The notes: generated by a model from the letters alone, not told the origin. 58,464 bases of DNA from an uncultured Clostridia bacterium (GCA_937915455.1 CALDNN010000102.1:1-58464), one strand, 5' to 3'. Positions 27,314-36,491 are shown, counted from the stretch's first letter. Translations and numbers: made by a program.

Positions 27314-28621
27314 ATGCGTCAGAATGACCAGAAACCGCGCATCGCGGTCATCGGTCTTGGCTATGTGGGATTGCCGCTGGCCGTGGCCTTCGCTAAAAAG
27401 GTGGAGGTTATCGGCTACGATACCAACAAAAGAAAGCTTGACACCTACAAGCGGGGCCTCGATCCGACCGACGAGGTGGGCAATGAGGGCATAAGAAACA
27501 CCACGGTGCGCTTTACGACGGATCCGTCTGCGCTCAAGGCGGCGAATTTCCTCATCGTGGCTGTTCCCACCCCCATCTTCCAGGATAAAACGCCGGATCT
27601 TAACCCCGTGCTCAGCGCTTGCCGTACTGTTGGCCGCAACCTGACGCCGGGGGCTACGGTGGTGTTTGAGTCCACCGTCTATCCGGGCGTTACAGAGGAG
27701 CTGTGCGTGCCCGCCATCGAGGAGGAATCGGGCCTCGTCTGCGGGAAGGATTTCTTCGTGGGCTATTCGCCCGAGCGCATCAACCCGGGGGATCGGCAGC
27801 ACACCCTATCCTCGGTGGTCAAAATCGTTTCCGGTATGGATGAGGCTACCTGCGCATACATTGCCGAGGTTTACGAAATGGTGGTGCCGGCGGGCATTTA
27901 CCGCGCCAGCAGCATCATGGTGGCGGAGGCTGCCAAATTGGCGGAAAACGCCCAGCGGGATATCAACATCGCCTTTATGAACGAGCTGGCCATGGTTTTC
28001 GACAGGCTCAGGATCAGCACGCGCGATGTGCTCGAGGCCATGAATACCAAGTGGAACGCGCTGCGCTTTGAACCGGGCCTAGTGGGCGGCCATTGCATCG
28101 GTGTGGATCCTTACTATTTCGTTTACCAGGCGGAAAACCTGGGCTACCACTCCCAGATCATTCTGGCCGGGCGCAATATCAACGACGGTATGGCCCATTT
28201 CGTAGCCGATGCGGCCATCAAGATGATGGTTCTGGCCGGCAAGCGCGTGCGGGAGGCCAAGGTATATATTTTGGGCGCTGCTTTTAAAGAAAATTGCCCG
28301 GATATGCGCAATTCCAAGGTAGCGGATATCATCCGCCGCCTTAGCGAATATAATATCGCCTGCGGCCTGGTAGATCCGCTTGTCGACGCGGAAGAGGCCG
28401 AGGCCGTCTTTGGCGTTCCTCTTACCCCCCTCTCAGAGGTGCGGGAGGCGGACTGCCTGATTTTCGCCGTGGCGCACGATTGCTTCCGCGCCCTCTCCTG
28501 CGAGCAGGTCGAGGCCATGTTCGCCCCCCTCCCCGCGGGCGAAAGGGTGATTGTGGATGTGAAGAGCATGTTCGATCGGGAATGCGCCGAGCAAAAGGGA
28601 TTTCTCTACTGGGAGCTATAA
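27314..28621 (+). CDS. nucleotide-sugar 6-dehydrogenase, UDP-N-acetylhexosamine type (TviB/WbpO/WbpA-like)
   Basis: IAVIGLGYVGLPLAVAF Rossmann N-terminus and catalytic-Cys motif GGHCIGVDPYY. The latter is my recollection of the HexNAc-dehydrogenase subgroup, as opposed to the Ugd-type GGSCFPKD. Confidence 0.8.
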   Translation: MRQNDQKPRIAVIGLGYVGLPLAVAFAKKVEVIGYDTNKRKLDTYKRGLDPTDEVGNEGIRNTTVRFTTDPSALKAANFLIVAVPTPIFQDKTPDLNPVLSACRTVGRNLTPGATVVFESTVYPGVTEELCVPAIEEESGLVCGKDFFVGYSPERINPGDRQHTLSSVVKIVSGMDEATCAYIAEVYEMVVPAGIYRASSIMVAEAAKLAENAQRDINIAFMNELAMVFDRLRISTRDVLEAMNTKWNALRFEPGLVGGHCIGVDPYYFVYQAENLGYHSQIILAGRNINDGMAHFVADAAIKMMVLAGKRVREAKVYILGAAFKENCPDMRNSKVADIIRRLSEYNIACGLVDPLVDAEEAEAVFGVPLTPLSEVREADCLIFAVAHDCFRALSCEQVEAMFAPLPAGERVIVDVKSMFDRECAEQKGFLYWEL

Positions 28622-28624
28622 TAA

Positions 28625-31075
28625 TTGAGCGCTGCAAACAACAAAAGAAGGATATGGGTTCCTAAAGCGGCCAGGATCACCATCTGCCTGGGCGCGTTCA
28701 TCGCGCTCACGCTGGTGGTCTTGGTGGAACTGGGCCCGTCGATCGCGCCCCTTATGGCCGGCGCCAATATGTATGACGCCACGGCCGAGATCAAGGCGGC
28801 CCAGGCGCGCTTTGCCGCGGATGGGGCGGGTAGGGCCGAATTGGTCGGCAGCACACAATCCAAGGCGCAAAAGGTCGAGATGGCCTTCCAGGGCATGGCC
28901 CGGCCCGAAGCTATGGAAAAGATTCTTGATCTTTTACAGGAATACAAAAAAGAAGCCTCCTTTTTTGTATCCGGCATCGACGCCTCCGAGGACGAAGCCT
29001 CCATCCAGCGCGCCGTGCACGAGGGGCACACGGTGGGCAGTTATGGCCTTCGGGGCGAAAAATATATGGAGGTAAAAGACGGCACAGCCTTGGTGGATGA
29101 TTTCTGCCGGGCCAATAAAATCATCAAAGTGGTCTCCGGTAGCGCCCCCACCCGCATGATGTGCAATGCCACCCAATATACGAATACCCTGCGGCGGGCG
29201 GCCTGGGCCAGTGGCATCGAAACCATCGAGCAAACCACCCACTATGTCAGCTTCCAGAGCTTCGCCTCCTATGCGCAGGTCAAGGGCTATGTGGATCGGC
29301 TGCCCTACGCCTCCATCGTGGCCATCAAAATGGAAGGCCCGCTGGACGAGATCGAATACGAGCCCCCTGTCGAGGACGACAAGCCCGCCGTCGATATGCA
29401 GGATACCCTCGACCCGGAGGATACACCCGAGCCGGAAGAAAAGCCCGTGGATATAAGCAAGCTGGACGACGAGCAGCGGCTGCTGCTGATCGTCGAGTGG
29501 TTCCTCAAGGCGCTGGATGATACCAACTATCTCCCGGAAGCTGCGGAACTGCTTGAGGAGAACGACGGCGCGCTGGCGGAGCACATCATCGATATCCACA
29601 CCACCCGGCCTTCCTCCACCTTTACTTTTTATGACCTGGGCAATATCGAGGAACTGACCTACCTGCTCGATGTTTTAGATGAAATGGATGCCCGCGCCAC
29701 CTTCACGGTCACGATGGAAGAGGCGGGGATTTATGGCAAGCAGATCCGCGCCGTTTTGGCGCACGGGCACGATTTGGGAATCGCTCTCAAGCCGCGCAAG
29801 GAGAAGGATGTTTATGCCTACTGCACGGAGATCCTCCGTTGCCAGAAGAAGCTCAAAGAAGAATATGGATACGAGAACGCCCGCATCGTCATGCTGCCCT
29901 ATGGCCCATTGAGCGACAGCATCCGCGAGGCCATCAGCGCCGCCGGCTGCACCCTTTTGAGCCACAGCTCCTCCATTACCAAAACAAAGGATAAACTCGC
30001 CACCGATCCCGAGGCGGTATACGACTCCCTTTTCGGCGGCAAGCGCATCATTCTGCGGCGAGGGCATATCGTCTATTTCCGCATGAACTTTTACCAGAGC
30101 AGCGATACCCTCCTAGGGGATATGGTGCGCCTGATCATCACGCGCAACAGCGCCTACCCTATCGAATCGGCCAATACGATCCTGGCGGATACGGATCTGC
30201 TGTATACCTATCCCCTGCCCGCGGATTCCATCCTGCCAGGGGTGAAGGATAAGATCTACGCGGGTCAACTGAGCGGCGAGCTGATTGATACGGTGGAAAA
30301 ATATTACATCGGCTTCACCCAGGCGCGCACCGTTAAGCAGCTGCCCGGCTTCACCGCAAAAGAGGTGCGTCGCATCAACCACAAGGGCCTGATCGAAAAC
30401 GACGAGAACGCTATTTTCCTCACCATCGACGACTGGGGTTCGGACGATACCATCACCAAGCTGCTGGATGTGCTACGCAAGCATAACGTGAAGGCCACCT
30501 TCTGCGTGCGCACCAATAACATCTACGCCAACCCCAATCTACTGCGCGCCATCGCCCTGGAAGGACACGATATCGCCAGCCATACGGACTCGCACCTGGC
30601 CCTGGCCACAGAGCTGGGCAACAACCGCTTTGCCGAGCTGACGGACGAAGAGCAGCAGATGCTGCGGGCGGATCTTATCCGCTCCTACCAGGTGCTGCAA
30701 AGCGTGGTGGGTGATGTGAAGCTGGAAAACGGCAAACCCGCCCTCACCACCCTCTTCCGCCCGCCAACCCTGGCGGTGAGTAAGATGGGCATGGAGGCGG
30801 TGTTCGACTGCGGCTTCACCTATATCGTCAGCGGCGCATATACCTCCGAGGATTATATAGCCAAGAGCGCGGAAAAGCTGCTGGCGCAGATACACCACAA
30901 CATCCGCCAGAGCGGTACCGTCATCGTTATGCATATGTCCGACAACAGCCTCTATACTGCCGAGGCGCTGGATGCATTCTTAACGGCAAATGAGAGCAAG
31001 CCCGCCTCCCGGCAGTTCGTGTGCCGCAGGCTGAGCGATTATCTCGATGGCAGCTATATCAACTCGGTGCGTTGA
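28625..31075 (+). CDS. membrane-anchored protein with three NodB-homology (CE4 polysaccharide deacetylase) domains
   Basis: TTG start and an N-terminal TM segment. Domain 1 (MAFQG...GHTVGSYG) and domain 2 (TFTFYDLG...GHDLGIAL) lack catalytic residues. Domain 3 is canonical: LTIDDWG, GHDIASHTDSH, FRPP, VIVMHMSD. Confidence 0.8.
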   Translation: MSAANNKRRIWVPKAARITICLGAFIALTLVVLVELGPSIAPLMAGANMYDATAEIKAAQARFAADGAGRAELVGSTQSKAQKVEMAFQGMARPEAMEKILDLLQEYKKEASFFVSGIDASEDEASIQRAVHEGHTVGSYGLRGEKYMEVKDGTALVDDFCRANKIIKVVSGSAPTRMMCNATQYTNTLRRAAWASGIETIEQTTHYVSFQSFASYAQVKGYVDRLPYASIVAIKMEGPLDEIEYEPPVEDDKPAVDMQDTLDPEDTPEPEEKPVDISKLDDEQRLLLIVEWFLKALDDTNYLPEAAELLEENDGALAEHIIDIHTTRPSSTFTFYDLGNIEELTYLLDVLDEMDARATFTVTMEEAGIYGKQIRAVLAHGHDLGIALKPRKEKDVYAYCTEILRCQKKLKEEYGYENARIVMLPYGPLSDSIREAISAAGCTLLSHSSSITKTKDKLATDPEAVYDSLFGGKRIILRRGHIVYFRMNFYQSSDTLLGDMVRLIITRNSAYPIESANTILADTDLLYTYPLPADSILPGVKDKIYAGQLSGELIDTVEKYYIGFTQARTVKQLPGFTAKEVRRINHKGLIENDENAIFLTIDDWGSDDTITKLLDVLRKHNVKATFCVRTNNIYANPNLLRAIALEGHDIASHTDSHLALATELGNNRFAELTDEEQQMLRADLIRSYQVLQSVVGDVKLENGKPALTTLFRPPTLAVSKMGMEAVFDCGFTYIVSGAYTSEDYIAKSAEKLLAQIHHNIRQSGTVIVMHMSDNSLYTAEALDAFLTANESKPASRQFVCRRLSDYLDGSYINSVR

Positions 31076-31090
31076 GAAAGGAGGGGAGAG

Positions 31091-32983
31091 ATGGACTGGT
31101 ATAACAAGCTCGTAAACGTTTTCACAGGCAAAAGGGAGTCTGAGCCAATCGAGGATATCCTCGTCAAGCCCAAGGCGGACCGGCGCATCTTTTCCCATGT
31201 ACCCGATCCCCTGCTGCAAAGAAAAGCAGGCGACCGCCGGGGCTCCACGGGTGCGGAGGGCCAGGCGGAAGTAGACGAGCGCCAACGGGTGGCCGACGCG
31301 GGCACCCGCTTTAGCGTGGATTACCCCGTGCGCGTGCGCGTGGTGCTGCCGGGCGGCGAGAGAAGGAGCTTCACTTGCCAGAGCGTGGATGTTTCCACCA
31401 CCGGCATGTTGCTGCGCATCGAGGGGGAGGCGCACTACCAGCTTTTGCAAAAGGCGGCGAAGATCCGCCTGCGCTTTGAGGTGGCCCCCGGCTCTATGCC
31501 CGAGGGCATGGAAATGAAGGTCAACATCGCAGCCCGGGCCGCCCGCTTCCAGATCAAAGAAGACGGCGCCTGGTTCTGCGGGCTGCAATTCAACGAAACC
31601 TTGGTCCAATACGCGGGCCGCCGCAAAAACGCGAATTTGGCGCTGATATCTACGCTTTTCCTCGTTATCATGGTGTTCGTTATCATCCTCATGCGGGCGG
31701 AGAGCGTGATCTACTTCAAGTTCAACAAATTCCTCTATACCTACAGCATCATCACGGCAGCCTTCCTGCTTTCGAGGTATCTGTTCGGCTCGCTTTATCG
31801 TGCCGTACCCGTGGATATGGATTACACCCCCGGCGTGACCATCATTATCCCCTGCTTCAATGAAGAGGCCTGGATCCACCGCACCATCACCAGCTGCATC
31901 AACCAGGATTACCCGCCGGATAAGCTGGAGGTGATCGTGGTGGACGACCATTCCAATGATAATTCCGTGGAAGCGATCAAGGCTACCATCGCCAAGCTTA
32001 AATCAGAAGGCGGCCGCTTCCAGGCGGATGGTCGGCTCAGCTACATCCTGCAGGACGCCAACCGCGGCAAGCGCGAGGCCCTTTGCCAGGGTGTTCTCAA
32101 GGCTAAGCACGAGCTGGTGGTGTTTGTGGATTCGGATAGCTTCCTCGAGCCTTTCGCCATTCGCAACCTGGTGCAGCCCTTTAAAGACCCCAAGATGGGT
32201 GGCGTGGCCGGCCGCACGGACGTGGCCAATACCTATACCAACGGCCTCACCAAGATGCAGGCCGTGCGCTACTATATCGCTTTCCGCATCATGAAGGCTG
32301 CGGAAGCCTATTTCGACGCCGTCACCTGCCTTTCCGGCCCGCTTTCCTGCTATAAAAAGCAGATCGTGATAGACCATATGGACGAGTGGATCAACCAGCG
32401 CTTCATGGGCCAGAAGGCCACCTTTGGCGACGACCGCGCCATGACCAACTTCGTGCTGCGTCGCCACCGCACGGCCTACCAGGATACGGCCGTGTGCTCC
32501 ACCATCGTGCCCAACCGCTACAGTATGTTCTTAAGGCAGCAGATGCGCTGGAAGCGCTCCTGGCTGCGCGAATCCATCACCGCGGGCAAGTTTATGTGGC
32601 GCAAGGAGCCGTTTATGTCGCTGTTCTTTTACATCGGCGTGCTGGTGCCTGTGGCCGCGCCCATCGTCGTGGTTTACAACCTGCTGTATGTGCCGCTGGT
32701 CTACGGCATTGTGCCCACCACCTTCCTGCTAGGCCTGTTGACCATGGCTATGCTGATGAGCTTTGCACAGATGTTCTTTCGCAGGAGCAGCACCTGGCTC
32801 TACGGCCTTTGGTTCTGCCTCTATTACGAGGCCGTGCTGCTTTGGCAGATGCCCGTTGCGTGGGTCACCTTCTGGAAATCCACCTGGGGCACCCGCATGA
32901 CGCCGGCGGACATCCGCGAAAAGGAACGCAGGGAGGAGAGAAAACGAGCAGAGGAGGCGCATTACGGCCATGCCGCTCTATAG
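31091..32983 (+). CDS. PilZ-like domain fused to a hyaluronan-synthase/NodC-like family-2 processive glycosyltransferase
   Basis: N-terminus has the QSVDVSTTGMLL (DxSxxG) PilZ signature. Then 2 TM segments, VVDDHSNDNS, FVDSDSF, TFGDDRAMTN, QQMRWKRSWLRES (QxxRW), and C-terminal TM segments. GAAAGGAGGGGAG RBS. Confidence 0.8.
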   Translation: MDWYNKLVNVFTGKRESEPIEDILVKPKADRRIFSHVPDPLLQRKAGDRRGSTGAEGQAEVDERQRVADAGTRFSVDYPVRVRVVLPGGERRSFTCQSVDVSTTGMLLRIEGEAHYQLLQKAAKIRLRFEVAPGSMPEGMEMKVNIAARAARFQIKEDGAWFCGLQFNETLVQYAGRRKNANLALISTLFLVIMVFVIILMRAESVIYFKFNKFLYTYSIITAAFLLSRYLFGSLYRAVPVDMDYTPGVTIIIPCFNEEAWIHRTITSCINQDYPPDKLEVIVVDDHSNDNSVEAIKATIAKLKSEGGRFQADGRLSYILQDANRGKREALCQGVLKAKHELVVFVDSDSFLEPFAIRNLVQPFKDPKMGGVAGRTDVANTYTNGLTKMQAVRYYIAFRIMKAAEAYFDAVTCLSGPLSCYKKQIVIDHMDEWINQRFMGQKATFGDDRAMTNFVLRRHRTAYQDTAVCSTIVPNRYSMFLRQQMRWKRSWLRESITAGKFMWRKEPFMSLFFYIGVLVPVAAPIVVVYNLLYVPLVYGIVPTTFLLGLLTMAMLMSFAQMFFRRSSTWLYGLWFCLYYEAVLLWQMPVAWVTFWKSTWGTRMTPADIREKERREERKRAEEAHYGHAAL

Positions 32984-34826
32984 CGACACAGACTACGGCA
33001 AGTATAAGGACCGCAAAAAGGCCTTGCGCAGCGTAAACGAGGTTTTGATCCTGCTGATTTTCGTGTGCATCCTCGTGCTGGCGCTCAGCACAACGCAGCC
33101 CTACGAGCCGATCGACAGCGCCCTAATCACCGGGCAGGATAACGGCTTTGTGGCCGTATCCTATTTCGGCACCGATATCGAGGGCAGCGAAACGCTCATC
33201 AGCTCCAAAAAGCTTGGGGAACACCTCACGGCCCTGCGGGATTCCGGCTACGTCACCATCACCCAGCAGGACATTTTGGATTACTACGAACACGGCACGC
33301 CATTGCCGGAGCGGGCCCTTTTCCTGATGTTTGAGGATGGGCGACGGGATACGGCGATCTTCGCGGAAAAGATCCTCGAGCGCCTCAATCAGAAGGCCAC
33401 CGTCCTTTCCTATGCGGATAAATTTGGCAACAAGGACGACAAATTCCTCTCCCCCAAGGAGCTGTTAACGCTGCAAAAGGATTCCTACTGGGAGCTGGGT
33501 ACCAACGGCTACCGTCTTTCCTACATCAACGTGTTCGACCGCTACAATAACTATTTCGGCCAGCTCAATTCCATCGAGTTCAACCGGGTCTCCAAATACG
33601 TGGATCGCAATTATAACCACTATTTGATGGATTACATCCGCGACGAGTACGAGATCCCGCTCGAGAGCAGGCTGGAAATGGAGGCCCGCATACAAGCGGA
33701 CTATGCCCTGATGGAAGAAATTTACGAAAAAGAGCTTGGCGAGGTGCCGGCTCTCTATACCCTTATGCACTCCAACACCGGCATGTTCGCCACCAATGAA
33801 AAGGTCAGCGCGGTCAACGAAAAAGAAATCCGCGAGACCTTCCGCATGAATTTCAACCGGGAGGGCTATTGCCTCAATACGGCCGATATCTCCCAATTCG
33901 ATCTTACGCGCATGCAGCCCCAGGCCTACTGGTCCGTCAACCACCTGCTGATGCGCATCTGGGACGACACCGGCCTCGACCAGGCCTTCCAATCAGGCGA
34001 TCGCTCGATTGCCGGCCGTTGGGAAGTGTGCGAAGGCGCGGCAGAATGTACCGAGGAGCAGGTCATCCTTACCACCCTGCCCAACGCCAGAGGCCTGATG
34101 CGCCTCAATGAGAGTGAAGGGCTTTACGACCTGAACCTACAGACGCGCCTTAGGGGCAACAAACTGGGCGGCCAATCGATCTACCTAAGGGCAGATGAAT
34201 CGCTCGATTCCTACGCCGTGGTGCGCCTCGAAAACAACTCCCTCATCATCGGCGAGAAATCCGGCGGCGAGGAAACGCGCCTGCTCGAGCTGGATCTCGA
34301 TGAATTTGATGGCACCGTTTGGCAGCAAAAGGAAGAGAACCGGCTGGAATCGCAGAAAATGGCGCTGGACGCCAAGCGAACCTATGGCGATAAAACCGCG
34401 CAAAACCAGCGCATCATCCAGGCATTGGAAGAGGGCCGGGCGGGCGCTTCCTCACAGAAAGGCAACGGCGACTACGTGCCCCCGCTGGAGCTGAAAACCA
34501 GCGGCAACCGTCTCCTTTCCCTCTCCCTCCTTGGCGAGCGGCTTACCGTATACATCGATAATAAACTGGCCGCAGAGGTACAGCTTAGCGGTGCGCACAG
34601 CGGTGCGGTCTACCTGGAAGCCGTCTCCATGCTGCAAGGCGCTTACAGCCAGCGCAACCTGGCGGACGATGTGTACGACGGCGTGTTTGAAGGGCTGGTC
34701 ATCTACCATGGCGAGGGGCGGAGCGACGCCCTGTACGATACACGGCCCACGGGCTTTCGGGCTTTTGGCGCTCAGGCCGGCAAGGCTTGGGACGGGCTCG
34801 TGAAATGGTTTATGGAAACGATCTAG
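32970..34826 (+). CDS. membrane-anchored protein with degenerate deacetylase-like N-domain and beta-rich C-domain
   Basis: TM segment VLILLIFVCILVLAL. ALFLMFEDGRRDT resembles the TFDDG motif of PgaB/IcaB-type CE4 domains, but no HxxxH follows. GAGGAGG RBS; 14-nt overlap with the synthase gene. Confidence 0.6.
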   Translation: MPLYSDTDYGKYKDRKKALRSVNEVLILLIFVCILVLALSTTQPYEPIDSALITGQDNGFVAVSYFGTDIEGSETLISSKKLGEHLTALRDSGYVTITQQDILDYYEHGTPLPERALFLMFEDGRRDTAIFAEKILERLNQKATVLSYADKFGNKDDKFLSPKELLTLQKDSYWELGTNGYRLSYINVFDRYNNYFGQLNSIEFNRVSKYVDRNYNHYLMDYIRDEYEIPLESRLEMEARIQADYALMEEIYEKELGEVPALYTLMHSNTGMFATNEKVSAVNEKEIRETFRMNFNREGYCLNTADISQFDLTRMQPQAYWSVNHLLMRIWDDTGLDQAFQSGDRSIAGRWEVCEGAAECTEEQVILTTLPNARGLMRLNESEGLYDLNLQTRLRGNKLGGQSIYLRADESLDSYAVVRLENNSLIIGEKSGGEETRLLELDLDEFDGTVWQQKEENRLESQKMALDAKRTYGDKTAQNQRIIQALEEGRAGASSQKGNGDYVPPLELKTSGNRLLSLSLLGERLTVYIDNKLAAEVQLSGAHSGAVYLEAVSMLQGAYSQRNLADDVYDGVFEGLVIYHGEGRSDALYDTRPTGFRAFGAQAGKAWDGLVKWFMETI

Positions 34827-34843
34827 AAAGGGACTCCCACCTT

Positions 34844-35998
34844 ATGTGCAAAACCAGATGGGCGGCCGCCCTCCTTTTGGTGGCGCTGATCGCCACCCTG
34901 TTTATAGCCTGCGCCCAACAGGCGCTTTTGCCCGTTTCTTCAGGGGCCATGCCCGGTGCGGAAACGATGGAAACGCCAGAAACGGAGGTACCCGGTACGG
35001 AGGTACCCGGTACGGAGGCGCCGGAATCTACCGCCTCCCCCGCTTTGCCGCAGGAGCAAGCGGAGGCCGCACGTCACCTTTCCGCTTGGGCTGTATATTG
35101 GGATACGGATAACGTGATCGCCGAGCTGGAAGCATTGGGCGCAGAGGAGCAGCTGGAGGCGCTCTGCTATTTCGAGGCCTTTTTCAACAGCCGGGGCGGC
35201 CTCGTGCTACCCGAGGCGATTCCCGCCCTGTATAAGGCCGTGCAAGCGCGTTTTTCGGCTGCGAAGTGGACGAGCTACCTCACCTTTGTTAATGACCTGC
35301 GGGATGACACGGGGCAATTCTCCCTCAAGGATACGGATCTGCTCTGGGCGCTGTTGGGCACGGACGAGGCCCTGTATAGCCATGTGGAAAGCGTGATCGC
35401 GCTGGCCAAGGCCCAGGGTTTTGACGGCGTCGAGATCGATTACGAATCTATCCGCGAAGATTTAGACCTTTGGGAGCGCTTCTTCACCTTTTGCAGCGCG
35501 CTCTATACGCGCACCCAGCAAGAGGGCCTAGCCCTGCGCGTGCTGGTCGAGCCCAACACCCCCTTCGAAAGCCTGACATTCCCCCCCGGGCCCACCTATG
35601 TAATGATGTGTTATAACCTATACGGCGGCCACAGCGGCCCCGGCCCCAAGGCGGATGCGGCCTTCATCCAAAAGCTCATGGCCCAAATGGCGGCGCTGCC
35701 TGGCCGCAAGGATTTCGCTATCGCCACCGGCGGCTACGACTGGTGCAATGACGAGGCTAAGCAGCTCACGGAGGAGGCGGCCGCGGAGCTGGCCGCCAAG
35801 CACCGGGCCGCCGCTAAGCGCGATGCTGCCAGCCGCGCCCTCTCCTTCCTCTATAAAGATGATGAGGGGCGCAGACACGAGGTATGGTATGCGGACCGGG
35901 AAACGCTGGATTATTGGGCGTCCATCATCCGCCAGGACAGCGGCAACACGGGCATCTCCATCTGGCGGCTGGGCGGCAACCTTAATGCCGTGCAATAA
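34844..35998 (+). CDS. GH18-like (chitinase-fold) lipoprotein
   Basis: Lipobox LFIAC, then a Glu/Thr/Pro linker. FDGVEIDYE matches the GH18 DGxDxDxE catalytic strand with the first Asp replaced by Glu. Start set at ATG 34844. Confidence 0.7.
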   Translation: MCKTRWAAALLLVALIATLFIACAQQALLPVSSGAMPGAETMETPETEVPGTEVPGTEAPESTASPALPQEQAEAARHLSAWAVYWDTDNVIAELEALGAEEQLEALCYFEAFFNSRGGLVLPEAIPALYKAVQARFSAAKWTSYLTFVNDLRDDTGQFSLKDTDLLWALLGTDEALYSHVESVIALAKAQGFDGVEIDYESIREDLDLWERFFTFCSALYTRTQQEGLALRVLVEPNTPFESLTFPPGPTYVMMCYNLYGGHSGPGPKADAAFIQKLMAQMAALPGRKDFAIATGGYDWCNDEAKQLTEEAAAELAAKHRAAAKRDAASRALSFLYKDDEGRRHEVWYADRETLDYWASIIRQDSGNTGISIWRLGGNLNAVQ

Positions 35999-36022
35999 AG
36001 CCACAGAACCGGGAGATAGGAT

Positions 36023-36391
36023 ATGAAATATAAAATATTAGGCTGGGCTAAGGATATTGCCTTGTTGGAGAGCACCGAGCCGCTGATCGCGGATGCGCAA
36101 TCCGCCCTCGACCTCATCATGAGTATGCAGTATGAAACGGGCTGCCGTAAGCTCATCCTGCACAAAAGCCGCTTTGCACCGGACTTTTTTATTTTGCGCA
36201 CGGGGCTGGCAGGCGAGGTTTTGCAAAAGTTCATCAACTACCATGTAAAAGTGGCCATTGTGGGCGACTATTCCCAATATACCAGCAAGTCCCTGCGGGC
36301 TTTCATCTACGAGAGCAACCGGGGGAACGATATCTATTTTCTCTCCAGCGTTGAAGAAGCGGTGGAGAAATTCGATCATCCGCCCCGCTGA
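36023..36391 (+). CDS. DUF4180 domain protein
   Basis: 122 aa. FFILRTGLAGEVLQKFINYHVKVAIVGDYSQYTSKSLRAFIYESNRGNDIYF matches my recollection of DUF4180. Confidence 0.7.
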   Translation: MKYKILGWAKDIALLESTEPLIADAQSALDLIMSMQYETGCRKLILHKSRFAPDFFILRTGLAGEVLQKFINYHVKVAIVGDYSQYTSKSLRAFIYESNRGNDIYFLSSVEEAVEKFDHPPR

Positions 36392-36491
36392 CATAGCTCG
36401 GACGAATTCCGCAAAAGCCGGCATTTTCCTTCATTTTCCATCATTGGCGTAGTATAATGTGGTAAATCGACCTTCGGGAGGGCAAGCCTCG

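Noticed and set aside
34982-35024. 15-bp tandem repeat (ACGGAGGTACCCGGT x2, plus a partial copy).
   Set aside because: It simply encodes the EVPGT-EVPGT linker of the GH18-like lipoprotein. It is a slippage-prone linker repeat, not an independent element.
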